The notes under the pieces are model-generated. The model was not told the DNA's origin. It saw nothing but the letters and a program-made list of their open reading frames with translations, and ran no database searches. The translations under genes and the position numbers were made by a program. Positions 39,636 through 49,092 of a stretch of DNA of 64,000 nucleotides are shown in pieces. The DNA is taken from the NCBI GenBank assembly GCA_017646665.1, contig JAGCMB010000036.1, positions 26,963 through 90,962 of the forward strand. The letters are read 5' to 3'. Position 1 is the first letter of the stretch, and each line of letters opens with the position of its first letter. This stretch comes from Bacteroidaceae bacterium. Its GTDB lineage: Bacteria; Bacteroidota; Bacteroidia; Bacteroidales; Bacteroidaceae.

Positions 39636-40256
39636 TTAAATTTGTACGTATACAACCTTCTTGTCCTTGTAATATTCCTCGGTAAAGTAGTTACTGATGT
39701 CGATGATTTCGCGGCAGTTCTTGAACTGCTGTGTTTCGGCTGTCATATCGCCGCCTTTTAGGCAGATGATGCCGTTGGGCAGGGCATTGAACTGCTCTTT
39801 GGCAATGTTCTTGCGACAGATTTTTACAAGGTCGGGCAGCTGCATTACGGCACGGCTCACAACAAAGCTGTACTTGTCTTTTATCTCCTCGGCACGGCTG
39901 TGGCTGGTGCGTACATTTGTAAGTCCGATAGCCTGGGCTATCTCGCTTGCAACACGCACCTTCTTGCCAATGCTGTCTACAAGATGAAAATCGACATCGG
40001 GAAACATTATGGCAAGGGGAATGCCGGGAAATCCACCGCCACAGCCCATATCCATAATTTTTGTTCCGGGTTTGAATGTTATATATTTGGCTATTGCCAA
40101 CGAATGTAGAACGTGATGAAGATAGAGGTTCTCGATGTCCTTGCGTGAGATTACATTTATCTTGCTGTTCCAATCGTAGTAAAGGTCGTAGAGTGCAGCG
40201 AACTGTTCTTTTTGCTTATCGCTGAGGTTGGGGAAATACTTTATTATGCTTTCCAT
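39636..40256 (-). CDS. rsmG: 16S rRNA (guanine527-N7)-methyltransferase
   Basis: 206 aa with SAM motif DMGCGGGFPGIPLAI and GidB family length. Confidence 0.92.
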   Translation of the reverse strand: MESIIKYFPNLSDKQKEQFAALYDLYYDWNSKINVISRKDIENLYLHHVLHSLAIAKYITFKPGTKIMDMGCGGGFPGIPLAIMFPDVDFHLVDSIGKKVRVASEIAQAIGLTNVRTSHSRAEEIKDKYSFVVSRAVMQLPDLVKICRKNIAKEQFNALPNGIICLKGGDMTAETQQFKNCREIIDISNYFTEEYYKDKKVVYVQI

Positions 40257-41077
40257 TATTTCATTATATCTTTTAGTGTGTTATAGTTGAGTGAAATCTC
40301 TATGTCGCCCAAAGCATAAGGTGCAATCTCGTATCTATTGTAGAGGAATGTTATGCTGTCCTTGCCAAGGATGATGTTGTTGGTGATGAAGAAATCAATA
40401 TCAAGGCTGTATCCTCTCTGGCACAGTTCCTCTATTGTCGACACGTTGTTATCCTTTAGGAGTTTGTCGGTGAGTCTTGTGATTAATGTATCCTCATACC
40501 CCTCTTTAAAAATATCCTTGAGGGTGATTTCGGCTCCTGTTGCAGGGTCAAAGCAGGCTATGGTGTTCAAGGTGGTTGGGTGTGCGCCGCCATAATACTC
40601 CTCGCGTGTCATAATGTAGCTGACGTAGCCTTTGTAACCTGTAATTGTCCTACCTTTGATGTTGCAATAGCAATTCATCATACCCGGTGGTATTTCGCCC
40701 TCTTTCAGGTTGTGGTATTCATTGCGTCGTTCATCGAAAAATTCTTTCCGCGCGGTGACATAGAAGTTACAGGCATCCTGCAGTGTTGGAGTGCCGTAAA
40801 AGAACAAGCCCCAAACCAGCGTGCTGTCGAGCTTGGCATTGGCCTGCCCATTGCCGAGGTCAAAACGTGGAAGTACAATGTCTATTGTCAATTTTGGAGC
40901 ATTCTCCTTGTCGTATGCGAAAGAGTATTTCTCGTGTATCTTTATTGTGTCAGTGGCAACGAGTACTTCCTGTGTTGTTGAGGGCTGTGTCTGCACACCC
41001 TCTTCCTTTTTATTTCCGCTACAGGAAAAAAGTAGAAATAATACTGAATAAAATATAATTGTGGCGCACTTTTTCAT
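40256..41077 (-). CDS. DUF3298/DUF4163-type lipoprotein
   Basis: Lipobox LLFSC. EEYYGGAHPTTLNTIACFDPATGAEITLKDIF is the DUF3298 hallmark. Confidence 0.75.
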   Translation of the reverse strand: MKKCATIIFYSVLFLLFSCSGNKKEEGVQTQPSTTQEVLVATDTIKIHEKYSFAYDKENAPKLTIDIVLPRFDLGNGQANAKLDSTLVWGLFFYGTPTLQDACNFYVTARKEFFDERRNEYHNLKEGEIPPGMMNCYCNIKGRTITGYKGYVSYIMTREEYYGGAHPTTLNTIACFDPATGAEITLKDIFKEGYEDTLITRLTDKLLKDNNVSTIEELCQRGYSLDIDFFITNNIILGKDSITFLYNRYEIAPYALGDIEISLNYNTLKDIMK

Positions 41078-41243
41078 ACTTCGGTTGTTTATCTGTTACA
41101 GGAAAATCAAAGGTAGTACTTTTGGTGTAAAACGACAAGAAAGTAACTCTAGTTTTTTGTTTTGATACGATTATTTTCAATGTCATATAAAGCGGAAGTC
41201 TGACTTTTGAACCTGCAAGTGTTAACTGCTAAATTTTGTTCTT

Positions 41244-41450
41244 ATGAAAGTTTGTAATTTTTTAGCCTTTACCGGTGGAATGTTGGCCGGTGGGCTTGTG
41301 ATGATGATGTTCGCCCCAAAGAAGGGTGAAGAGATGCGCAGGGATATCAAGGAGAGGATTGGTGACCTGAAAAGACATTTCGACAATGCAGGTTGTTGTG
41401 GCAAGGATGGATGCGACTGCAAAGTAGAAGAGAAGGTCGTTGAAGAATAA
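41244..41450 (+). CDS. YtxH-domain protein
   Basis: 68 aa with an N-terminal hydrophobic helix followed by APKKGEEMRRDIKERIGDLK. Confidence 0.7.
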   Translation: MKVCNFLAFTGGMLAGGLVMMMFAPKKGEEMRRDIKERIGDLKRHFDNAGCCGKDGCDCKVEEKVVEE

Positions 41451-41476
41451 AATTACATCTTTGAAGGGTTGAATGT

Positions 41477-41836
41477 ATGGGATTTAGAGCCGATATAGAA
41501 GATATATCAAAGGATGCTCTTGAGTATTTAAAAAGGGGCTTGGATGGTTGCAAATTGCATTTGGTGGAATCGCTCTCACTATTGTTCGGTGATGTTGTTT
41601 GCCTGTTTGTACTCTCCTTGCTCCTTTTTGTGGCGTATATTGCCTTGATGGTTGTTGTCGCTATGCTGTTGTTTCCGCTCATAGGGCTTCCTCTTTCCAT
41701 TCTTGCAGTCGCTGTGCTGTTGCTGTTTACGGCTGTTGTCGTATTCCTGTTCAGGGAGCGCCTTTTTGCAGATAGGATAGTAAGGCATTTTGTGAAGATT
41801 TTCTTTGGAGGAAAGGGGTGTGATGATGGATGTTAA
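41477..41836 (+). CDS. Small two-TM membrane protein (Holin-X / phage_holin_3_6-like family)
   Basis: 119 aa with two long hydrophobic helices. It is the standard partner of YtxH genes in Bacteroidales. Confidence 0.55.
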   Translation: MGFRADIEDISKDALEYLKRGLDGCKLHLVESLSLLFGDVVCLFVLSLLLFVAYIALMVVVAMLLFPLIGLPLSILAVAVLLLFTAVVVFLFRERLFADRIVRHFVKIFFGGKGCDDGC

Positions 41837-42041
41837 ATGCAGTGATATAACTTCGCTACGGAAATTACGTGAAGTGGAGCGTAAAAACAGGATTGCGCGT
41901 GGCAAGGCGTATGCACGTGCAAAAGTCAGGCTCGCGGGGATATTCTCGCTCGAAAGGCTCTTTCTTTCGTATGCCGAACAAATTGTACCTCCCGGCATAA
42001 GACGATTTATTGAAATTATATTTCCAAAGAGCAAGGAATAA
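41823..42041 (+). CDS. Small basic hypothetical protein (third member of the YtxH triad)
   Basis: About 72 aa. It overlaps the upstream stop. No motif is recognised. Confidence 0.4.
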   Translation: MMDVKCSDITSLRKLREVERKNRIARGKAYARAKVRLAGIFSLERLFLSYAEQIVPPGIRRFIEIIFPKSKE

Positions 42042-42106
42042 GAGGCTGTTTGTGTTGTAGGCTGAACTTTTTTTTATAGTTTTGTAAGAACTATGAAAAA
42101 AGGAGT

Positions 42107-43438
42107 ATGACTATATTGTTTATAACAGTTGTTGTTCTATTGGTAGCCGGTTTGGCTGCAGTAGCAATATTATATAATCGTGTTTATGGAAAATGTGCGG
42201 CACTCGAAAATGAAAACAGGGTGCTCAATGCCTTGAATGCAAGGTTGAACGAGGATGTCCGCAATGTCGATGCCGAATTGCGTAATATGCAGTCTGTGCG
42301 CGAGGAACAGTTCGTGCGCATTGCTTCGCTTGAAAGTGAAAACAGGTCGTTGAGCCTGTATGCCGAAACACAAAAAGAGCAGTACAAGGCCGCGCTTGAA
42401 CAGATGCGTGTGGAGTTCAAGGCTATGGCCTCCGATGCGTTGGAGAAGAACAGCGAACTGTTCAATAAACAGACACAAGAAAAACTTGCAAATATTCTGT
42501 CCCCGTTCAACAATGACCTGAAACTGTTCCGCGAAAAGGTCGACAGCTATTATGGCGAGGAGAGCAAGCAACGTTTCTCGTTGCAGGAAAATATAAAGAA
42601 TCTTATTGAAGCCAATCAACGTATAAGTCGCGATGCGGTAAATTTGACCAATGCCATTGTGGGAACGAATAATAATAAATTCCAGGGGGATTGGGGAGAA
42701 ACCATTCTGGAACAGATTCTTGAGAATTCAGGACTGATAAAAGGGGAGCAGTGGGAGCTTCAGGTGACATTGCGTGATGAAAAGGGCGCCGCAGTGCTTA
42801 ATGAGGAGAGTGAGCGTCTTATGAAACCGGATGTTATTGTTCATTTCCCAGGAAAACGCGACATAATAATAGATTCAAAGGTGTCCCTGAAGGCATATAT
42901 GGCATATCTTGCGGCCGAGGACGATGCAACACGCGCGCTTTATATGAAAGAGCACGTTGCGAGTGTGCGCCGTCATATCGACGAACTTGCCGGTAAACGA
43001 TACGATAAATATAATGTACACTCTCTTGATTATGTGATGCTCTTTGTTCCCAACGAGCCTTCATATTTTATGGCTATGGAGGCCGACAACAAACTTTGGA
43101 ACTACGCTTACAAGAAGGGCATTGTCCTGATTTCTCCGTCAAATTTGATTTCTACGCTTTTTGTCGTGAATTCGTTGTGGACACGTGAACGCCAGCAACG
43201 CGATGTGCAGAAGATTGTAGATACAGCCAATGCCATATATGACAAATTCGTGAATTTTACGGATAACTTCGGCAAGATAGAAATTGCTCTTGAAAAGGCC
43301 GGAGAAGCCTATCGTGAGGCTTTTAAACAGCTTACAACAGGAAAAGGAAATATAACAAAACGTTTGGGGGAACTCAAGGAACAGGGGTTGCTTACTACGA
43401 CAAAGCAGATTCCCGAAAACTTTTTGGAAAAAGAGTGA
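42107..43438 (+). CDS. rmuC: DNA recombination protein RmuC
   Basis: 443 aa with an N-terminal TM, a long coiled coil, and a C-terminal nuclease-like region (KPDVIVHFPGKRDIIIDSKVSL...). Confidence 0.9.
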   Translation: MTILFITVVVLLVAGLAAVAILYNRVYGKCAALENENRVLNALNARLNEDVRNVDAELRNMQSVREEQFVRIASLESENRSLSLYAETQKEQYKAALEQMRVEFKAMASDALEKNSELFNKQTQEKLANILSPFNNDLKLFREKVDSYYGEESKQRFSLQENIKNLIEANQRISRDAVNLTNAIVGTNNNKFQGDWGETILEQILENSGLIKGEQWELQVTLRDEKGAAVLNEESERLMKPDVIVHFPGKRDIIIDSKVSLKAYMAYLAAEDDATRALYMKEHVASVRRHIDELAGKRYDKYNVHSLDYVMLFVPNEPSYFMAMEADNKLWNYAYKKGIVLISPSNLISTLFVVNSLWTRERQQRDVQKIVDTANAIYDKFVNFTDNFGKIEIALEKAGEAYREAFKQLTTGKGNITKRLGELKEQGLLTTTKQIPENFLEKE

Positions 43439-43452
43439 TTTTGAATCAGACA

Positions 43453-43983
43453 ATGCACATACGCAAAGCAATATATGACGATTTACCGGCGTTGATGCGT
43501 CTTTTTGATAATGCAAAGGGGATTATGCGCGCCTGTGGTAATATGCATCAATGGGGAGAAGGATACCCTTCGGAAGAAGTCGTACTCAACGATATCGAAC
43601 GTGGTGTTTGTTACGTTGTGTGCAATAGTGCAAATGGTGAGATTGAGGCGACAATGGCGTTTATTCCCGGGCCGGATTCTACTTATTCTTACATTGAGAA
43701 AGGCGCGTGGCTGAATGATAACCCTTATCACGTCATTCATCGCATAGCGGTTACAGCACCGGGAAAAGGCTATGCACAAAAGATGTTTGATTGGGCATTG
43801 GGGTTTACGGAAACAATACGTATAGACACTCATAGCGATAATGTGATAATGCATCATATACTTCGTAAATATGGATTTATATATTGTGGCGTAATCTATT
43901 TAGCAAATGGAGATGCCCGTGATGCGTACCAGCTTAGTAAGCTGAAAAGTGAAAGCGGAGAACGGAAAACTACGTGTTGGTGA
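43453..43983 (+). CDS. GNAT-family N-acetyltransferase
   Basis: About 176 aa with the RIAVTAPGKGYAQKMFDWAL acetyl-CoA-binding segment. The ORF opens at GTG 43435, overlapping the rmuC stop. Confidence 0.8.
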   Translation: MHIRKAIYDDLPALMRLFDNAKGIMRACGNMHQWGEGYPSEEVVLNDIERGVCYVVCNSANGEIEATMAFIPGPDSTYSYIEKGAWLNDNPYHVIHRIAVTAPGKGYAQKMFDWALGFTETIRIDTHSDNVIMHHILRKYGFIYCGVIYLANGDARDAYQLSKLKSESGERKTTCW

Positions 43984-44121
43984 CAATCACACGCTTCCAC
44001 CTTTAACCACACTGTCGTGTGCTTTAAACTCGGCCTCACTCGTTGCGTGTGTGAGCAGGCTTCAACCCTCTCGTTTGTACAAGTTTTCACCTTTCACCTT
44101 TCAGTTTTCAGTTTCAATTGT

Positions 44122-44129
44122 TATTTTTG
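44122..44129 (+). promoter_or_regulatory. -7 promoter box TATTTTTG for the MATE gene
   Basis: TAnnTTTG, 25 nt upstream of the ATG. It overlaps the left arm of a 10-bp inverted repeat (44118..44127 / 44142..44151). Confidence 0.4.
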
Positions 44130-44153
44130 CGGTAAATAGCGAAAATAACAATT

Positions 44154-45512
44154 ATGTCAGGCAGGGATGATATAGATTTTGGAACGGCTAAAATTCCTCG
44201 TCTTTTTACTAAGATGTTTATTCCCACACTATTGGGAATGGTGAGCTGGTCGTTGTTGACTGTAGTGGACGGTGTTTTTGTCGGTCAGGGAGTGGGTAGT
44301 AACGGTATTGCTGCCATAAACATCTGTTATCCTATTTTCCTTGTGCTGACCGGTTTTGCGCTGATGGTTGGAATGGGTGCATCGGTTGTGGCATCAATCC
44401 ACTTGTCGCAGAATAATGTAAAGGCTGCACGTATCAATGTTACACAAGCTGTGTGGTTCTCTACGTTTGTTGTGATAATTGCGATGCTTGCGATATTGCT
44501 TGTGCCTGAACAACTGGCGTATATGCTAGGTGCATCGGAAACGCTTATGCCGTTAGTACGCGATTATATGATTTATCTCATCCCGTCGGGCATTATGCAG
44601 ATGTGGTCTGTGGTTGGACTTTTTGTGATTCGTCTTGACGGTGCTCCTAAATATGCGATGTGGTGCAATGTAGTGCCGGCTATGCTCAATTTCTTCTTTG
44701 ACTGGCTTTTTATCTTTCCGCTAGGAATGGGGGTGAAGGGTGCTGCTATTGCTTCGGCTATAAGCACAATGGTTGGTGGAGTGATGGCGTTTGTGTATTT
44801 GGTGAAGTATGCCCGCACGTTGAAAATGAGTGGAGTGAAGATGTCGCCCACAAGCATTACCTTGACGTTGAGAAACATTGTTTACCAGTGCCGCATAGGT
44901 TTTTCGGCTCTGCTCGGCGAGGTGACAATGGCATTTGTGCTGTTTGCCGGAAATTTTGTTTTTATGAAATATTTGGGCGATGCCGGTGTTGGTGCATACG
45001 GAGTGGCTTGTTATTATACTCCTTTTGTTTTTATGTTCGGTAACTCGATAGCGCAGTCGGCTCAGCCTATTATCAGTTATAACTATGGAGCAGGGCGCTG
45101 GGATAGGGTACACAGCACACTCGCAATCTCGGTGCGTGCGGCAGTGCTCGGTTCGCTTCTTTCAATCATTGCGTTCTCTCTTTTCCCGGAGCAACTTGTA
45201 CATCTGTTCATTGCCGACAGTGATCCCGCAGCACAGATTGCCATTGAGGGCTTCCCATATTTTGCTACCGGCTTTCTGTTCTTTATTCTGAATCTTGTTG
45301 CAATAGGCTATATGCAGAGCATTAAAAAGGTTGCCGCTTCAACAATATTAGCCCTGTTGCGCGGTGTTGTCTTTCTGTTCCCAGCCTTTCTGTTGCTGCC
45401 GGAATTCATTGGCGTAAAGGGTATGTGGCTTGCACTGCCTCTGTCAGAGGTGTTGACATTTCTCGTTGTTGTGGTTGGTTATATGTTTTTCAAAAGGTCA
45501 CGTTCACGGTAA
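44154..45512 (+). CDS. MATE-family efflux transporter
   Basis: 452 aa with 12 predicted TM helices and a MatE-type repeat architecture. Confidence 0.88.
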   Translation: MSGRDDIDFGTAKIPRLFTKMFIPTLLGMVSWSLLTVVDGVFVGQGVGSNGIAAINICYPIFLVLTGFALMVGMGASVVASIHLSQNNVKAARINVTQAVWFSTFVVIIAMLAILLVPEQLAYMLGASETLMPLVRDYMIYLIPSGIMQMWSVVGLFVIRLDGAPKYAMWCNVVPAMLNFFFDWLFIFPLGMGVKGAAIASAISTMVGGVMAFVYLVKYARTLKMSGVKMSPTSITLTLRNIVYQCRIGFSALLGEVTMAFVLFAGNFVFMKYLGDAGVGAYGVACYYTPFVFMFGNSIAQSAQPIISYNYGAGRWDRVHSTLAISVRAAVLGSLLSIIAFSLFPEQLVHLFIADSDPAAQIAIEGFPYFATGFLFFILNLVAIGYMQSIKKVAASTILALLRGVVFLFPAFLLLPEFIGVKGMWLALPLSEVLTFLVVVVGYMFFKRSRSR

Positions 45513-45656
45513 TCGTGCGTTGATGATGACTTTTTGAGGCTGTTCGTTGACCCACTTCGGTGTCTCTGTTATGTAGTCATCAATCTGTGCTGATGCTCCT
45601 ATTGGCATCATAATTGCTATTAAAGCAAATAATAAAGTTTGTAGAGTTCTTTTCAT
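45504..45656 (-). CDS. Small secreted peptide candidate (50 aa), below the ORF-track cut-off
   Basis: My own translation is MKRTLQTLLFALIAIMMPIGASAQIDDYITETPKWVNEQPQKVIINARLP*. It has a clean signal peptide with an ASA-Q cleavage site. Its stop overlaps the MATE stop by 9 nt. Confidence 0.35.
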   Translation of the reverse strand: MKRTLQTLLFALIAIMMPIGASAQIDDYITETPKWVNEQPQKVIINARLP

Positions 45657-45829
45657 ATTAAGTCAGTTTTAATTTTTCGATGTCTCAAAAACATACAGAA
45701 TCATTTATTTTTTTACTTTATCGGTACTATTTTTAACAAACTAACTTGTTTTTTGTTTTGTCAACTTTCATTCACTAAAATGGAGGTCATTTGTTTGGTT
45801 AGAATCCCCTGAGCAGTGCGTTATAATGG

Positions 45830-45837
45830 TAAATTTG
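45830..45837 (+). promoter_or_regulatory. -7 promoter box TAAATTTG upstream of eno
   Basis: TAnnTTTG, 75 nt upstream of the eno ATG. Confidence 0.4.
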
Positions 45838-45899
45838 TATTGGAAAGACAACAAATATTATTGCCAATCGTTACTATAGTACTTAAGATTTTATACTAA

Positions 45900-47180
<1,281 letters not shown>

Positions 47181-47233
47181 TGCTTGAACGGTATTTTTTG
47201 ATAGGAACAATTACAAAACAAGTAGGAAACGTT

Positions 47234-47947
47234 CTATCTTTCCCAACCTTCGACACGATAGACCTTTTCCATCAGTTTTTGCTCTTTGCCCGTATTGGCG
47301 TTCTTGTACCACACCTCTATGCGTGCAGCGTAGTAATCGCCCCAATCGCCGGGATAGATTTTGAAGCACTGTTTTTCAACAACCTTTGAAAACGATGTGG
47401 TAGAGGGTGTTGCTACCATGCTTGCGGCCGAAATTCGCTCGGGCGAGAGCGGTATGTTTTCAGTTGCCTCGTAACAACGCAGGTATATCCATCCTTCTTC
47501 AAGTGCAGGGTGGTGGAAATCGTATGTATACATTCCGCCCTGTATATCATTCCAAATCTGCAGCCAGGTGTTGGTTGCTGTGCTGTCGATGGGGTGTGGC
47601 AGTTTTTCGCCCTCTAAAAGCGGAAGGTTATAATCCAGTTGGGCCGGAATGGGATGCTCTTTGCCGAAATTGTCGGGGCCGGGGTTGAAAGCCTGTTCAA
47701 TGGCTGTCATCAGTAAATAGACGAAATAGGTTACTGTAAGTGCTCCCAATATGAACGAAAACAGAAATCTCCACCACTTTTTGAATATGAGCAGAATAAT
47801 CCATGACGTTATCATTGCCACGAAGGTCAAGGGTACTGAAATTACAAAAAATATCGGCCACATTGAATCGAAGTATGCCGAAATCAATAATGATGCAATG
47901 AATGCCAGTGGGAACAGCCACCAGAATCTGTTGATGAAGTTTTTCAT
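47234..47947 (-). CDS. Hypothetical membrane protein (3-4 N-terminal TM helices plus a soluble C-terminal domain)
   Basis: MKNFINRFWWLFPLAFIASLL... No family is recognised. The ORF extends to 47980. Confidence 0.6.
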   Translation of the reverse strand: MKNFINRFWWLFPLAFIASLLISAYFDSMWPIFFVISVPLTFVAMITSWIILLIFKKWWRFLFSFILGALTVTYFVYLLMTAIEQAFNPGPDNFGKEHPIPAQLDYNLPLLEGEKLPHPIDSTATNTWLQIWNDIQGGMYTYDFHHPALEEGWIYLRCYEATENIPLSPERISAASMVATPSTTSFSKVVEKQCFKIYPGDWGDYYAARIEVWYKNANTGKEQKLMEKVYRVEGWER

Positions 47948-48089
47948 TTTTGTTTTGTTTTTTTTGAAAAACGCGCCCATTGTGAGTTTATTGCCATAAA
48001 GGAAGTTAAAGAATATTAATGCGGACGTAAAATATTTAAGTGGTCAAAAGTTTTTTTAAGCTATGCCATTATTTGGCGTAGGTTTGCTG

Positions 48090-48097
48090 TATATTTG
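48090..48097 (+). promoter_or_regulatory. -7 promoter box TATATTTG for the WYL-regulator gene
   Basis: Perfect TAnnTTTG, 45 nt upstream of the ATG at 48142. Confidence 0.45.
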
Positions 48098-48141
48098 CGG
48101 TTAACGGCGGACATATACTATATTCGCGAAAAATTCCAACT

Positions 48142-49080
48142 ATGAACAACGACAAAGGGCAAGGTTTGATGAACAAATATGTGTGGGTAATAGAAACCAT
48201 ACATAGACACAAGAAACTTACGTTCAGGGAACTGAATGGACTGTGGCTCAATGATGATATAAGCATGGGGGTAGAACTTCCTAAACGCACATTCGATAAC
48301 TGGAGATATGCCATCTGGGATATCTTTGGACTTGATATTGTAAACGAGCAAAGGGGAAAGTACCGATATTACATAGAGAACGAAGAGGATATTACCGGTA
48401 ATGGTCTTTCATCGTGGCTTTACAGCACGCTAAGCGTTGCGAATACACTTTCCGGCAGCCAAAGTATAAAAGAACGTATTTTGCTTGAAAATATACCATC
48501 GGGGCAGGAGTATCTGCAACCGATTATCGATGCAATGAAAGCAAACCTACAGCTGAATATCACTTATAGGAGTTATTGGAGTGACGGAGAGTGCTGTTTT
48601 GATGTAAAACCTTATTGCGTAAAGCTCTTCAAACAGCGCTGGTACATGGTTGCACAAAGTACGCATCATTATTATGATAACAAGCCACCGATGATCTACT
48701 CGCTTGACAGGATATTGCAGCTAGCGGTTAAGAAGGATACTTTTGAGATGCCGGCTGATTGGGAACCTCAGGATTTTTTCAATGGTTGTTTTGGCGTTTG
48801 CCGCAGTATCGATATTGAGATTGTAAAATTAAAGCTCTCTGCTTCTCAGGCGAATTACATACGTGACTTGAAGTTGCATGACTCGCAGGAAGAGGTTGAA
48901 CACAACGATAAATATAGCATATTCACATACCGCTTACGCCCGGAATTTGACTTCCAGCAGGAACTGCTGCGTCATGGCGAGGACGTTGAAGTGCTTGAAC
49001 CGCAATGGCTGCGCGAAGAGATAGCCGGGAAAATTGAAAGGATGAGGGATAAGTATGAATGTTTAAATAATGGTAATTGA
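48142..49080 (+). CDS. WYL-domain transcriptional regulator (wHTH-WYL-C-terminal extension, YafY-like)
   Basis: 312 aa with an N-terminal wHTH (KYVWVIETIHRHKKLTFRELN), a WYL core (FDVKPYCVKLFKQRWYMVAQS) and a C-terminal ...GEDVEVLEPQWLREEI tail. Confidence 0.8.
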   Translation: MNNDKGQGLMNKYVWVIETIHRHKKLTFRELNGLWLNDDISMGVELPKRTFDNWRYAIWDIFGLDIVNEQRGKYRYYIENEEDITGNGLSSWLYSTLSVANTLSGSQSIKERILLENIPSGQEYLQPIIDAMKANLQLNITYRSYWSDGECCFDVKPYCVKLFKQRWYMVAQSTHHYYDNKPPMIYSLDRILQLAVKKDTFEMPADWEPQDFFNGCFGVCRSIDIEIVKLKLSASQANYIRDLKLHDSQEEVEHNDKYSIFTYRLRPEFDFQQELLRHGEDVEVLEPQWLREEIAGKIERMRDKYECLNNGN

Positions 49081-49092
49081 AATCTATTGTCT

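Noticed and set aside
41477-41836. 'Holin-like' membrane protein as a possible prophage lysis gene
   Set aside because: The context is the conserved YtxH / two-TM / small-protein stress triad. No endolysin, terminase or other phage genes are nearby.
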